From IMG/VR virus record IMGVR_UViG_3300025141_016572: a DNA stretch of 24,666 nt; one strand, given 5' to 3'. Below, one piece after another: positions 6,968 to 14,629 of the stretch (positions within the stretch are counted from its first letter, which is position 1; each line of letters starts with the position of its first letter). Position numbers and translations under genes: made by a program. This DNA comes from a virus. The notes under the pieces were generated by a model that saw only the letters and a program-made list of their open reading frames with translations, was not told where the DNA came from and made no database searches.

Positions 6968-7135
6968 ATGCATGCACCCCAGATTATCATGATTGGCCTC
7001 TGGATTTTCGTTCTGACAGCCAGCCTGTTTATGGACGGCAAGCCACGAGATAATCCAAACTTTAGCTTTTTCGATTCCGTAGTTGGTATTGCAATCAATG
7101 TACCCCTGCTGTACTGGGGTGGATTCTTCGGGTAA
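6968..7135 (+). CDS. Small membrane protein (55 aa, MHAPQIIMIGLWIFVLTASLF...). It is absent from the ORF track because it is under 60 aa.
   Basis: ATG 6968 lies 9 nt after AAGGAGA and directly downstream of promoter copy 4. It contains a hydrophobic helix and ends at TAA 7133-7135, just before the RBS of the next gene. Confidence 0.55.
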   Translation: MHAPQIIMIGLWIFVLTASLFMDGKPRDNPNFSFFDSVVGIAINVPLLYWGGFFG

Positions 7136-7144
7136 GGAGTTCAC

Positions 7145-7501
7145 ATGCCTAGCAAAGATACAGCAAGACAATCGTGGAAACACAATATTCCCAAATTCAA
7201 ACCAACCGACATGGTCAACGTTTTCAACTTTGAAGCTGACTCAATCAATCTTGCGCCCAGCGAGTGTTTTTCATACGCAGATTGTAAGAATTGCCCGGGA
7301 CACAAAGGGAGCAGATGCACGCTGTCGGGGCCGAACGTTTCAAAAGATGACATTATAACAGTCATTGATTGTCGAGATGGTAGTGAAGATATGTTCCAAT
7401 TGGCACTATTGATGACCCCTGCCGGCGTATTGGGTTCTTTCGACATCCAGATGCTTGATTTTGTTCCGGAAATGAATCCAGAAGAGGAGAAGACCAAATG
7501 A
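7145..7501 (+). CDS. Hypothetical protein (118 aa).
   Basis: AAGGAG RBS before ATG 7145. Stop overlaps the next start (ATGA). Confidence 0.55.
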   Translation: MPSKDTARQSWKHNIPKFKPTDMVNVFNFEADSINLAPSECFSYADCKNCPGHKGSRCTLSGPNVSKDDIITVIDCRDGSEDMFQLALLMTPAGVLGSFDIQMLDFVPEMNPEEEKTK

Positions 7502-7713
7502 AAACGATCACAACGTGGAAAGTCAGCTGGCCGATGGACGACAAAGGCCTCAAGCAAAAAGACGTCTATGTCAAAAGCGAAACTGATGCCAAGGTCGTCT
7601 GCACATGGCCCATGGGCTATTGTGGATATGCTGGAAATTACGAGTCACACACCATCTATGTGGCCGAAGACTTCGAGGATGTCAAAAAATTGTTGGAGAT
7701 GAAGTTCGTCTGA
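7498..7713 (+). CDS. Hypothetical protein (71 aa).
   Basis: ATGA-coupled to the upstream gene. Confidence 0.5.
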   Translation: MKTITTWKVSWPMDDKGLKQKDVYVKSETDAKVVCTWPMGYCGYAGNYESHTIYVAEDFEDVKKLLEMKFV

Positions 7714-7723
7714 TATTTAGCTG

Positions 7724-8479
7724 ATGGAGCTTTCCATTATGCACATTCGTCAACTCATTCGTGAAATCCTGTTGGAGGACTTTGAGTCCTGGAAGGAAGC
7801 CATGAAGACTGGGCCGGCATACATCGATATTCAAACATCTGACATGCCAAACAAAGACCGTGCACGACAACCACGAGAAGTTAAGCGCACCTGGAATCAA
7901 CACGCAGATCATTCATTTTTTGACTCCCTCATAAAGGTTCACTGGCTCAGTGAGTATCTCATTGGTTTGCGACTAAAGGATCCAGTCAAAATGATCAAAA
8001 GTATTGTTGGTACATCCGGAAAGGATGAAATATCAACAATGGGTTACTTGGCCAACACCATGGTGAAGTCAGGTTGGGGAGAATATGGCGTCATAATTTC
8101 AGGCCGAGTTACACTGGCTGCTAATGACATGGATGATCTAATGACAGGTGAACATCCCGGAAGCTACGCGCCGGCTCGAAAAAAATGGAAATCGTCAGGT
8201 CTTCCGAGGCGCCCATCATCTTTCCAACCTTACATGGCTTCAAATTACATTCTGGACAGCGATTCCTTTGACGAGTATGAACAGGATCACAATGAACTGG
8301 TTGTAGATAACTGGAAAGCAACCGGGTTTGTCGTTCCTTATGAAATCAACCGAGCACATAGCGATTTGACAGCACGCGACAGGCAAATTTTGAAGGCGAT
8401 GAAAACCATCGGACTTCCGATCTATGACAACAAAATGGCCCCAGTGGATCTCAATATCGTTTTGGGAGACTACCAGTGA
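7724..8479 (+). CDS. Hypothetical protein (~246-251 aa). Start is ATG 7724 or ATG 7739 (MHIRQLIREILLE...).
   Basis: Track ORF. Read from 7739, its N-terminus shares the K/R-x-L-x-x-I-x-E-I-L-x-E motif with genes at 8476, 9004, 9302 and 10324. Confidence 0.55.
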   Translation: MELSIMHIRQLIREILLEDFESWKEAMKTGPAYIDIQTSDMPNKDRARQPREVKRTWNQHADHSFFDSLIKVHWLSEYLIGLRLKDPVKMIKSIVGTSGKDEISTMGYLANTMVKSGWGEYGVIISGRVTLAANDMDDLMTGEHPGSYAPARKKWKSSGLPRRPSSFQPYMASNYILDSDSFDEYEQDHNELVVDNWKATGFVVPYEINRAHSDLTARDRQILKAMKTIGLPIYDNKMAPVDLNIVLGDYQ

Positions 8480-8982
8480 AATCATCTAAACACCTACAAC
8501 AATTTGTGGAGCATGTGATTATGGAACAAGAGCAACGACCATTGTATACTGCACTCGTGGTGGACGCCCTGGGCGCAATGAAAATGCGCAGGGTGATACA
8601 GGAACAAAATCTCGATCGTGGACTTGATGGATGGCTGTCTTCAAATATTCATCCAGCACATGGTAACCAACAACTCAATCACCACATGACCATCACACCT
8701 GGTGCCTTGAAGCCGGCGAACCCGCTCAGGCTTCGACTTGGACAGGATGTGACACTTCATGTTGTCGGATGGGGCTATGATACGAAGCTCGGTGTCGCCG
8801 CTTGGCAGATCGATACTGTGTCTGGTTTCCCAACCAAGACTGGTGTACCCCATGTGACAGCAATGCTGGAAAATGACTCTGTCAAGCCGTTCAAAGCAGC
8901 GAAAATCAAGAATTGGAAAAAACTTCCTGAGTCGTTCGCAGTCAGGGGAACATTTCAAGAGGTTTTCCCACGGGAAAGATAG
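8476..8982 (+). CDS. Hypothetical protein (168 aa) with GTG start overlapping the upstream stop. N-terminus is MKSSKHLQQFVEHVIMEQE.
   Basis: Track ORF with GTGA coupling. Confidence 0.5.
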   Translation: MKSSKHLQQFVEHVIMEQEQRPLYTALVVDALGAMKMRRVIQEQNLDRGLDGWLSSNIHPAHGNQQLNHHMTITPGALKPANPLRLRLGQDVTLHVVGWGYDTKLGVAAWQIDTVSGFPTKTGVPHVTAMLENDSVKPFKAAKIKNWKKLPESFAVRGTFQEVFPRER

Positions 8983-9003
8983 TTAAAGACAGCAGGAGAG
9001 ACT

Positions 9004-9300
9004 GTGAAGATCACAAAGAAACAACTCAAAAACATTGTTGAGCAGGCCATGAGGCCTGCAGGTCGGCCAATCTATGAGATCGCTGAGGAGATCAAACAAG
9101 CTTGGCCGAAAGTTAATCCTCATGCTCAACCGTATCTGGACGCGATGTTTTCTTTGGACTCTGTCAATGACAAGTACGGGATGGAAGATGGAGCCAGCAT
9201 CGTGGAGTACTTTCTGGTCAATGCTGGATCATTTCGAGGGCCAGAAGCCAAGAGAATCAAGTCCGAGCTACGAAAAATGACAAAGGGATTTTGGAAATAA
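9004..9300 (+). CDS. Hypothetical protein (98 aa) with GTG start. N-terminus is MKITKKQLKNIVEQAM.
   Basis: GGAGAG RBS 4-9 nt upstream of GTG 9004. Confidence 0.55.
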   Translation: MKITKKQLKNIVEQAMRPAGRPIYEIAEEIKQAWPKVNPHAQPYLDAMFSLDSVNDKYGMEDGASIVEYFLVNAGSFRGPEAKRIKSELRKMTKGFWK

Positions 9301-9301
9301 C

Positions 9302-9358
9302 ATGAAAATCACGAAACGACAACTGAAGCAAATTATTCGAGAAGTGACATCGTCATAG
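9302..9358 (+). pseudogene. 18-codon ORF MKITKRQLKQIIREVTSS*, a truncated paralogous copy of the N-terminus of gene 9004. It is either a decayed duplicate or a leader-peptide-like remnant.
   Basis: About 67% nucleotide identity to 9004-9042 over the first 39 nt and the same amino-acid motif. It terminates at TAG 9356-9358, right before the RBS (AGGTGA) of gene 9368. Confidence 0.4.
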
Positions 9359-9367
9359 GTGATTCAA

Positions 9368-9856
9368 ATGAAAGCAGAAAAAGTGCTAGAGACATGGCTT
9401 AAGTTATCAGGCCTTTTGACAGAAGATATGTCATACGCAGAAGGTCAAGTTCTTGATAAGTTGAATTCCATGGCCGGGCCTCGGGGTCTTCCTGTCACTC
9501 ATGAAACACCGGCAGAAAACATTGATAGCATCAAAAGTATGGGAACTGTTGAAGGCACATACGGGGTCTTCTTTTCCATTGGTCATCTTAAAAATCCGGC
9601 ATTTGTCAGCGGCCCGGGATACATTATTCACGGATATCTGCCGAGGTTTATGCTTAACTCCAGGTATATTCACCCAGATATGATTTATGCTCCGGGTAGC
9701 AAAGACGAAGAAGACATGTTAGCTGGGGATGAGGAAGACTTTTGGGAAGTAATGTGGAATCAAACCCGAGGCAATTTGTTTGGGGCTCTTCTTAGCACCA
9801 ACTTAGACGATTGGCCTCAAAAATATTGGAAAGCAATTATTCCAAACGATCTTTAG
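9368..9856 (+). CDS. Hypothetical protein (162 aa).
   Basis: ATG 9368 with AGGTGA 5 nt upstream. Track lists GTG 9359. Confidence 0.55.
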   Translation: MKAEKVLETWLKLSGLLTEDMSYAEGQVLDKLNSMAGPRGLPVTHETPAENIDSIKSMGTVEGTYGVFFSIGHLKNPAFVSGPGYIIHGYLPRFMLNSRYIHPDMIYAPGSKDEEDMLAGDEEDFWEVMWNQTRGNLFGALLSTNLDDWPQKYWKAIIPNDL

Positions 9857-9865
9857 GAGAACACG

Positions 9866-10324
9866 ATGGCAACAACAATATCTAACGCAAACTTGGTTAT
9901 AACCGTAAACGAAGATGTCAAATTAAACGGTCACCAGGTTGGAAGCAAAATTGTGCAAACGATTGGTAGTATCAATGAGGCTTCGCGGCGAATAATGTCT
10001 GTGCCGACGTCAGAGACGACAGTTTTGACGCTGAGCAGTTCGATTGCTGCTGGCGGATACGTGACCAACAACATTCAGTACATTCGTGTTTCGAACTTGG
10101 ATGATACCAATTTTGTTCGATTGACATTCTTGTCGGGATCTGGCGGTTCATCAAATCGATACGATGTAAAGTTGCCAGCAAAGAGAACTGCTATTTTCAC
10201 AAGCCCAAGTGTATCTGGCTCTAACATAGGCTCAACATTTGATGCCTTTTCCAACTTTGACACCATGAAGGCCACCGCAGATACAGCAGTGGTTGATGTT
10301 GAACTTTTTGTTGCGAGTACCTAA
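9866..10324 (+). CDS. Hypothetical beta-rich Ser/Thr/Gly-rich protein (152 aa), possibly structural.
   Basis: AGGAGAacacgATG RBS. Composition only. Confidence 0.55.
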   Translation: MATTISNANLVITVNEDVKLNGHQVGSKIVQTIGSINEASRRIMSVPTSETTVLTLSSSIAAGGYVTNNIQYIRVSNLDDTNFVRLTFLSGSGGSSNRYDVKLPAKRTAIFTSPSVSGSNIGSTFDAFSNFDTMKATADTAVVDVELFVAST

Positions 10325-10605
10325 TGTCAAATTTGCTTCGTCGCATGATCGCTGAGGTGTTGCATGAAGGCGATATGGGTCACAACTCGTATACACTCGA
10401 TCCGACTCCCAATACGTGGGACAGCTTTCAAGATTTTGAAATTGAGTATTACCCACAAGACGACGGGACATATCTGATGGACATTTCTTTCAAGGGCAAG
10501 AAGCTCGCACCCATGAGTAAGTTTGGGACACAGGCTGATGCACAGCATCATGCAAGAATGATTGTTGACAAGCATCGAGTCAACGTGATGAATACCGAGC
10601 TCTAA
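10324..10605 (+). CDS. Hypothetical protein (93 aa). N-terminus is MSNLLRRMIAEVLHEG.
   Basis: Track ORF with start overlapping the upstream stop (TAATG). Confidence 0.5.
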   Translation: MSNLLRRMIAEVLHEGDMGHNSYTLDPTPNTWDSFQDFEIEYYPQDDGTYLMDISFKGKKLAPMSKFGTQADAQHHARMIVDKHRVNVMNTEL

Positions 10606-10619
10606 ATTCCTCCCAAATA

Positions 10620-10647
10620 TGTAAATCGAAGCATCCTCGGTTAGAAT
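10620..10647 (+). promoter_or_regulatory. Promoter copy 5 (degenerate): TGTAAA (10620-10625), 16 nt, TAGAAT (10642-10647). It is followed by leader hairpin GAGGTG-N9-CACCTC (10657-10677).
   Basis: Read directly. It sits in the only sizeable intergenic gap (87 bp) of the small-ORF block. Confidence 0.5.
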
Positions 10648-10692
10648 AACAACTGGAGGTGCAGTTCATTTCACCTCATGCAGTGGTAGAAA

Positions 10693-11121
10693 ATGAAAAT
10701 TTCTGACAAAATATCTACGCTATTCTCACCTCTTGATGTGGTCCTTATCGAAAAGGACTTCGAGCTGTTGATTGGGAAAAATGAAGAACCAGACATTTCT
10801 GATTCCATTCTCGATTATGCACAGGAGGTTTTGGGCGCCGGTGAACACCCTAGTAGAAATCCATCTTGCTGGCAGACATTTTTCGGTCAAGATATCGAGA
10901 TCGGTTCAAAGGAGTGGCGCGAAGGAATTGCAAATTTGCTTCGACTTACGTCGAAGCACACAGTATCAGAACTTGACAATGAGAGAAATCACTTGCTAGT
11001 AAGCGTAAAGCTAGAAGTCCTGGTTATAAATGCAAAGCAACTACCGGAATCGGTATTTCATGGAGCAAAATGCACATCAGTTCAAACGCCTTTCGGGGCC
11101 TTTCCAGTAACAGCAGAATGA
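10693..11121 (+). CDS. Hypothetical acidic protein (142 aa).
   Basis: Track ORF. Stop TGA overlaps the ClpP-like start (ATGA). Confidence 0.5.
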   Translation: MKISDKISTLFSPLDVVLIEKDFELLIGKNEEPDISDSILDYAQEVLGAGEHPSRNPSCWQTFFGQDIEIGSKEWREGIANLLRLTSKHTVSELDNERNHLLVSVKLEVLVINAKQLPESVFHGAKCTSVQTPFGAFPVTAE

Positions 11122-11744
11122 AAAGTCGATACCGGCTTGAGGATGTAGAACAAGCCGAACGTGTCGCTGCACATGAAATCATCATGAGTGAAGACAAAGG
11201 AAAACCGCTTGGTATTGAAGTAGAAGAGAATCATATCTATTTCTACTGTCCTGTCATGGAACGGGAATCATTGGAGCTCGTTCGAATTCTTCGCCGGCTT
11301 GATATTGAAATGAAATATCTTGGTGATCGGGTCGGCCTTCCGGAAAATCCCCCGATCCACTTGCACATTCAGAGTCCGGGCGGTGATATCTTCTCAGGAC
11401 TCAATATCTGTGATGTGATCACAAGTTGCAAGACGGATGTCTACACGTACATTGAGGGATCGGCTGCATCTGCATCTACAATGATTAGTTGCTGTGGCAC
11501 GAAACGATTCATCACTAAGAATTCGTTCATGCTTGTTCATCAACCACAAATGATGTTCTCTGGCAAACACGATGAGTTTATCGATGAGATTGAGAATCAA
11601 AAACACATCTATGCTGCTGTCAAACAAATCTACCTAGATCGGACTAAAATGTCTGATGATGTTTTGGCTGAAATGTTGACTCATGAATTGTGGCTGCCGG
11701 CAACTCGATGTAAAGAGTTGGGCTTGGTCGACTCCATTTGCTAG
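11118..11744 (+). CDS. clpP: ClpP-family (S14) serine protease homolog (~208 aa).
   Basis: IHLHIQSPGGDIFSGLNICDVI matches the ClpP [22 protein letters not shown] region. GSAASASTMI matches GQAASMGAFL (catalytic Ser). SFMLVHQP matches SRVMIHQP (catalytic His). The C-terminal LGLVDSI matches YGLVDSIL. The third triad residue (Asp) does not align obviously (THELWL vs TERDRF). Start at ATG 11118, translationally coupled, rather than track 11070. Confidence 0.8.
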   Translation: MKSRYRLEDVEQAERVAAHEIIMSEDKGKPLGIEVEENHIYFYCPVMERESLELVRILRRLDIEMKYLGDRVGLPENPPIHLHIQSPGGDIFSGLNICDVITSCKTDVYTYIEGSAASASTMISCCGTKRFITKNSFMLVHQPQMMFSGKHDEFIDEIENQKHIYAAVKQIYLDRTKMSDDVLAEMLTHELWLPATRCKELGLVDSIC

Positions 11745-11781
11745 AAGCAAGAATACAATATTCTCATAGTAGGAACATAAT

Positions 11782-13383
11782 ATGCCTAAGCATGACTGGA
11801 AACAGTTTTTTCCGTACAAGTCAATCCGTCCCGGTCAAGAACAAGCCATCAATGAAATTCTAGACGCATTTGAAAGTGACAAGAGGCTATTTGTCTTAGA
11901 GGCGGGCACTGGAATTGGGAAGTCAGCAGTTGCTGTAACTGTCGGTCGATACATGACACAACACTTTGAGACCGAAGAGGGGTTTCAAAAAGGGTGTAAC
12001 ATACTGACTACCCAAAAGTTACTACAAGAGCAGTACAATAGTGACTACCCTGCGATTAACTCTTTGAAGTCTTCATCGAACTACTCGTGTAATTTTCACA
12101 AGAAAGTGTCATGCAACGATTCCAGGAAGTTACTTCAAACAGAGCCGAAAGGGACTTCATTTTGGAGATGCTGTGCTATTAGTTGTGTCTACAAAAGGGC
12201 CAAAGAGAAGTTCATGGCGGACCCGTTTGGTGTCACGAATTTTGCATACTTTTTGACCGAGACTCGCTATTCTAAGAAGCTTCCAAAAAAGTCACTTCTC
12301 ATCATTGACGAGGCACACAACGTGCCAGACGAACTCAGCAGGTTCATTGAAGTGACATTTTCAGATAGGTTTGCCAAGTCATTCATCGGTATGAAACTCC
12401 CGGACAAAATCACTCCGGCGATGTTTGTCAAGTGGGTCTCCACAGATTACTATCCGGCGCTGGTACGAAAAGTCAAGGCATTCCGTTCAGGGCTAGAAAA
12501 GTTCACGACCATTAAGTCGCGGGTTGAGAGCGGAGAGTTTTCTAAGCTATCTCGTCAATTGGAGATCTTGACTGGTCATGAGCAGAAAGTCCTGTCATTC
12601 CTGGCTTTGTATGACAAGAACAACTGGCTCATGACAGAGGTTCCACCTGTTGATCGTTCTGGTCGAAGGGTAGAGTTTAAGCCAATTGATGTTGCGCCGT
12701 ATGCGCATGACTACCTGCTAAAAATGGGTAAGTATGTTTTGATGATGTCAGCGACAATTGTTGACACACATCGATTTGGTGAGCTATGCGGTATCACTGG
12801 AAAATTTGCATCTCTTGTGTTGCCCTGCCCGTTCCCCATCGAGAATCGGCCCATCGTGTATAGCGGGGTGGGCAAAATGTCAGCAAGGGAAATCGATTCG
12901 TCATTGCCCAAACTGGCGGCAGCTGTTAAGGAGATTCTGAAAAGTCACAAAGGTGAGAAGGGTATCATCCACACCCACACCTACAAAATTGCATGGTATC
13001 TCAAGCGAGTCTTAAGTGATCGACGCATAATCATTCACAACAGCGAAAACAGAATCGATATGCTACAAAAGCACATCAAGTCGAAGAAGGACACAGTTTT
13101 GATTTCCCCGTCGATGACTGAGGGTGTCGACTTAAAAGACGATCTCAGTCGATTCCAGATTGTCTGCAAGATTCCCTTCCCGTACTTGGGTGACCAGCTC
13201 ACTCGCAAAAAAATGAACAAGTGGAAGTGGTGGTATGACTTCCAAACGGCGAAGACTGTCATCCAATCGTCAGGTAGGTCTGTTCGAAGTGAAACCGACA
13301 CTGCCGTGACCTACATTCTTGACGCCTCTTGGGAACGATTTTTTGAAAACAACCGGTCGATGTTTGGCCCTGAGTTTCTATAG
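11782..13383 (+). CDS. Rad3/XPD/DinG-family superfamily-2 DNA helicase (533 aa).
   Basis: N-terminal FPYKSIRPGQEQAI with GTGIGKS Walker A (DinG/XPD motif I). DEAH box LIIDEAHNV. C-terminal motifs SPSMTEGVDL and QSSGRSVRSETD are typical of the Rad3-family helicase C domain. RBS is AGGAAcataatATG. Confidence 0.8.
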   Translation: MPKHDWKQFFPYKSIRPGQEQAINEILDAFESDKRLFVLEAGTGIGKSAVAVTVGRYMTQHFETEEGFQKGCNILTTQKLLQEQYNSDYPAINSLKSSSNYSCNFHKKVSCNDSRKLLQTEPKGTSFWRCCAISCVYKRAKEKFMADPFGVTNFAYFLTETRYSKKLPKKSLLIIDEAHNVPDELSRFIEVTFSDRFAKSFIGMKLPDKITPAMFVKWVSTDYYPALVRKVKAFRSGLEKFTTIKSRVESGEFSKLSRQLEILTGHEQKVLSFLALYDKNNWLMTEVPPVDRSGRRVEFKPIDVAPYAHDYLLKMGKYVLMMSATIVDTHRFGELCGITGKFASLVLPCPFPIENRPIVYSGVGKMSAREIDSSLPKLAAAVKEILKSHKGEKGIIHTHTYKIAWYLKRVLSDRRIIIHNSENRIDMLQKHIKSKKDTVLISPSMTEGVDLKDDLSRFQIVCKIPFPYLGDQLTRKKMNKWKWWYDFQTAKTVIQSSGRSVRSETDTAVTYILDASWERFFENNRSMFGPEFL

Positions 13384-13432
13384 CTGGCATTTTTTCTATA
13401 GTCGCACGTGATAGTTATTATCACGGAGGCGC
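13374..13432 (+). promoter_or_regulatory. Candidate regulated promoter/operator for the yeaH-spoVR-prkA operon. It has a direct repeat TTTCTATAG x2 (13374-13382, 13393-13401) and a TATAGT -10-like box. An inverted repeat GTGATA-N5-TATCAC (13407-13423) lies just upstream of RBS GGAGG.
   Basis: Read directly in the 49-bp gap between helicase stop and ATG 13433. Confidence 0.4.
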
Positions 13433-14629
13433 ATGTCAGTTTTTTCACACCACAAGACGTCAGCTGATCGATCGGCATCTGACCGGCGGCGGCATAGACA
13501 GAAAATCGACAAAGCAATTCGTGAAGGTATTCATGACATTGTTGCGGATGAAAGCATCATCGGGCAGGATGGAAAAAAGAAGTTCAGAATTCCTGTTCGC
13601 GGCATAAAAGAGTATCGCTTCGTCTATGGCAACAATGAAAACAACAAGAAAATCGGATCGGCTCCAGGAAAAGATATTCGGCGTGACCAGATTGTCAAAG
13701 AGAAGTCTAGAAAAGAGAAGCAAGGTGAAGGCCAGGCCGGAAACAAGGCAGGTGAAGAGTATTACGAAGTTGAGATCACTTTGGATGAGCTAGCTCAATA
13801 CTTGTTTGCAGACCTTGAACTTCCAGATTTAGAGAAAAAAGCGCTGGTAAAAGTCAAGTCGGAGAAGCTTAAAAGAACCGGTTATCGTCCACAGGGCATC
13901 TTACCTCGCTTGGACAAGAAGAAATCTGCGATCAACAGAATCAAGAGGTTGAAGGCACAGCAGCGAGACAATGGTGCCGCGGTTGCTCTCGTCGATGAGG
14001 ACCCTGATGAGGAACTGGCTGGGTCGTTTCACAATGATGACCTGACTTATCGGCACTATAAAAACAAGATGAAAGAGAGCACAAATGCTGTCATCATGAT
14101 GTTGATGGATGTGTCTGGGTCGATGTCCAAGAACAAGAAGTTTCTTGCACGGAGTTTCTTCTTCCTGCTCTACCAGTTTATTCGGACGAGGTATGACAAG
14201 GTTGAAATCGTTTTCATTGCGCATGATGCCAGTGCCAAGGAAGTTAGTGAAGAGCAGTTCTTCTCGAGAATCGCATCTGGCGGAACGGTTGTCTCATCTG
14301 CATACAATTTGGCCCTGGAAGTTGCAGAAAAACGCTTCCACCCATCACTGTGGAACATCTACGCTTTCCACTGCTCAGATGGAGACAACTTTGGTTTCGA
14401 CACCAACAATATGCTAATCGCTGCGACCAAGCTTAAAGAGCTCTGCCAGCTGTTTGGATATTGCGAGATCATCCCATCAGACGAACCTGTGTGGAACAAT
14501 GATGAAAGGCTGTCGGTTCATCTAGCTCAGCTTGCATCACGGAGTGTGAAGCTTGTTGAGATAAAAGAAAAGTCCGATGTTTGGAGTGCATTTAAAGTGA
14601 TGTTCGGTAGTTGCGGCGGCAAAAAATGA
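13433..14629 (+). CDS. yeaH: YeaH/YhbH-family protein (DUF444, vWA-like).
   Basis: VIMMLMDVSGSM matches E. coli YeaH FCLMDVSGSM. GGTVVSSA matches GGTIVSSA. WNIYAFHCSDGDNF matches WNIYAAQASDGDNW. The overall length (398 aa) and Lys/Arg-rich N-terminus fit the family. GGAGG RBS 5 nt upstream. Confidence 0.85.
   Translation: MSVFSHHKTSADRSASDRRRHRQKIDKAIREGIHDIVADESIIGQDGKKKFRIPVRGIKEYRFVYGNNENNKKIGSAPGKDIRRDQIVKEKSRKEKQGEGQAGNKAGEEYYEVEITLDELAQYLFADLELPDLEKKALVKVKSEKLKRTGYRPQGILPRLDKKKSAINRIKRLKAQQRDNGAAVALVDEDPDEELAGSFHNDDLTYRHYKNKMKESTNAVIMMLMDVSGSMSKNKKFLARSFFFLLYQFIRTRYDKVEIVFIAHDASAKEVSEEQFFSRIASGGTVVSSAYNLALEVAEKRFHPSLWNIYAFHCSDGDNFGFDTNNMLIAATKLKELCQLFGYCEIIPSDEPVWNNDERLSVHLAQLASRSVKLVEIKEKSDVWSAFKVMFGSCGGKK

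Noticed and set aside
10606-10692. tRNA or small RNA in the largest intergenic gaps (10606-10692, 5610-5724, 13384-13432, 1220-1388)
   Set aside because: No cloverleaf-compatible arms or conserved T-loop (GTTCRANYC) were seen. The hairpins present are better explained as promoter-leader or terminator structures.
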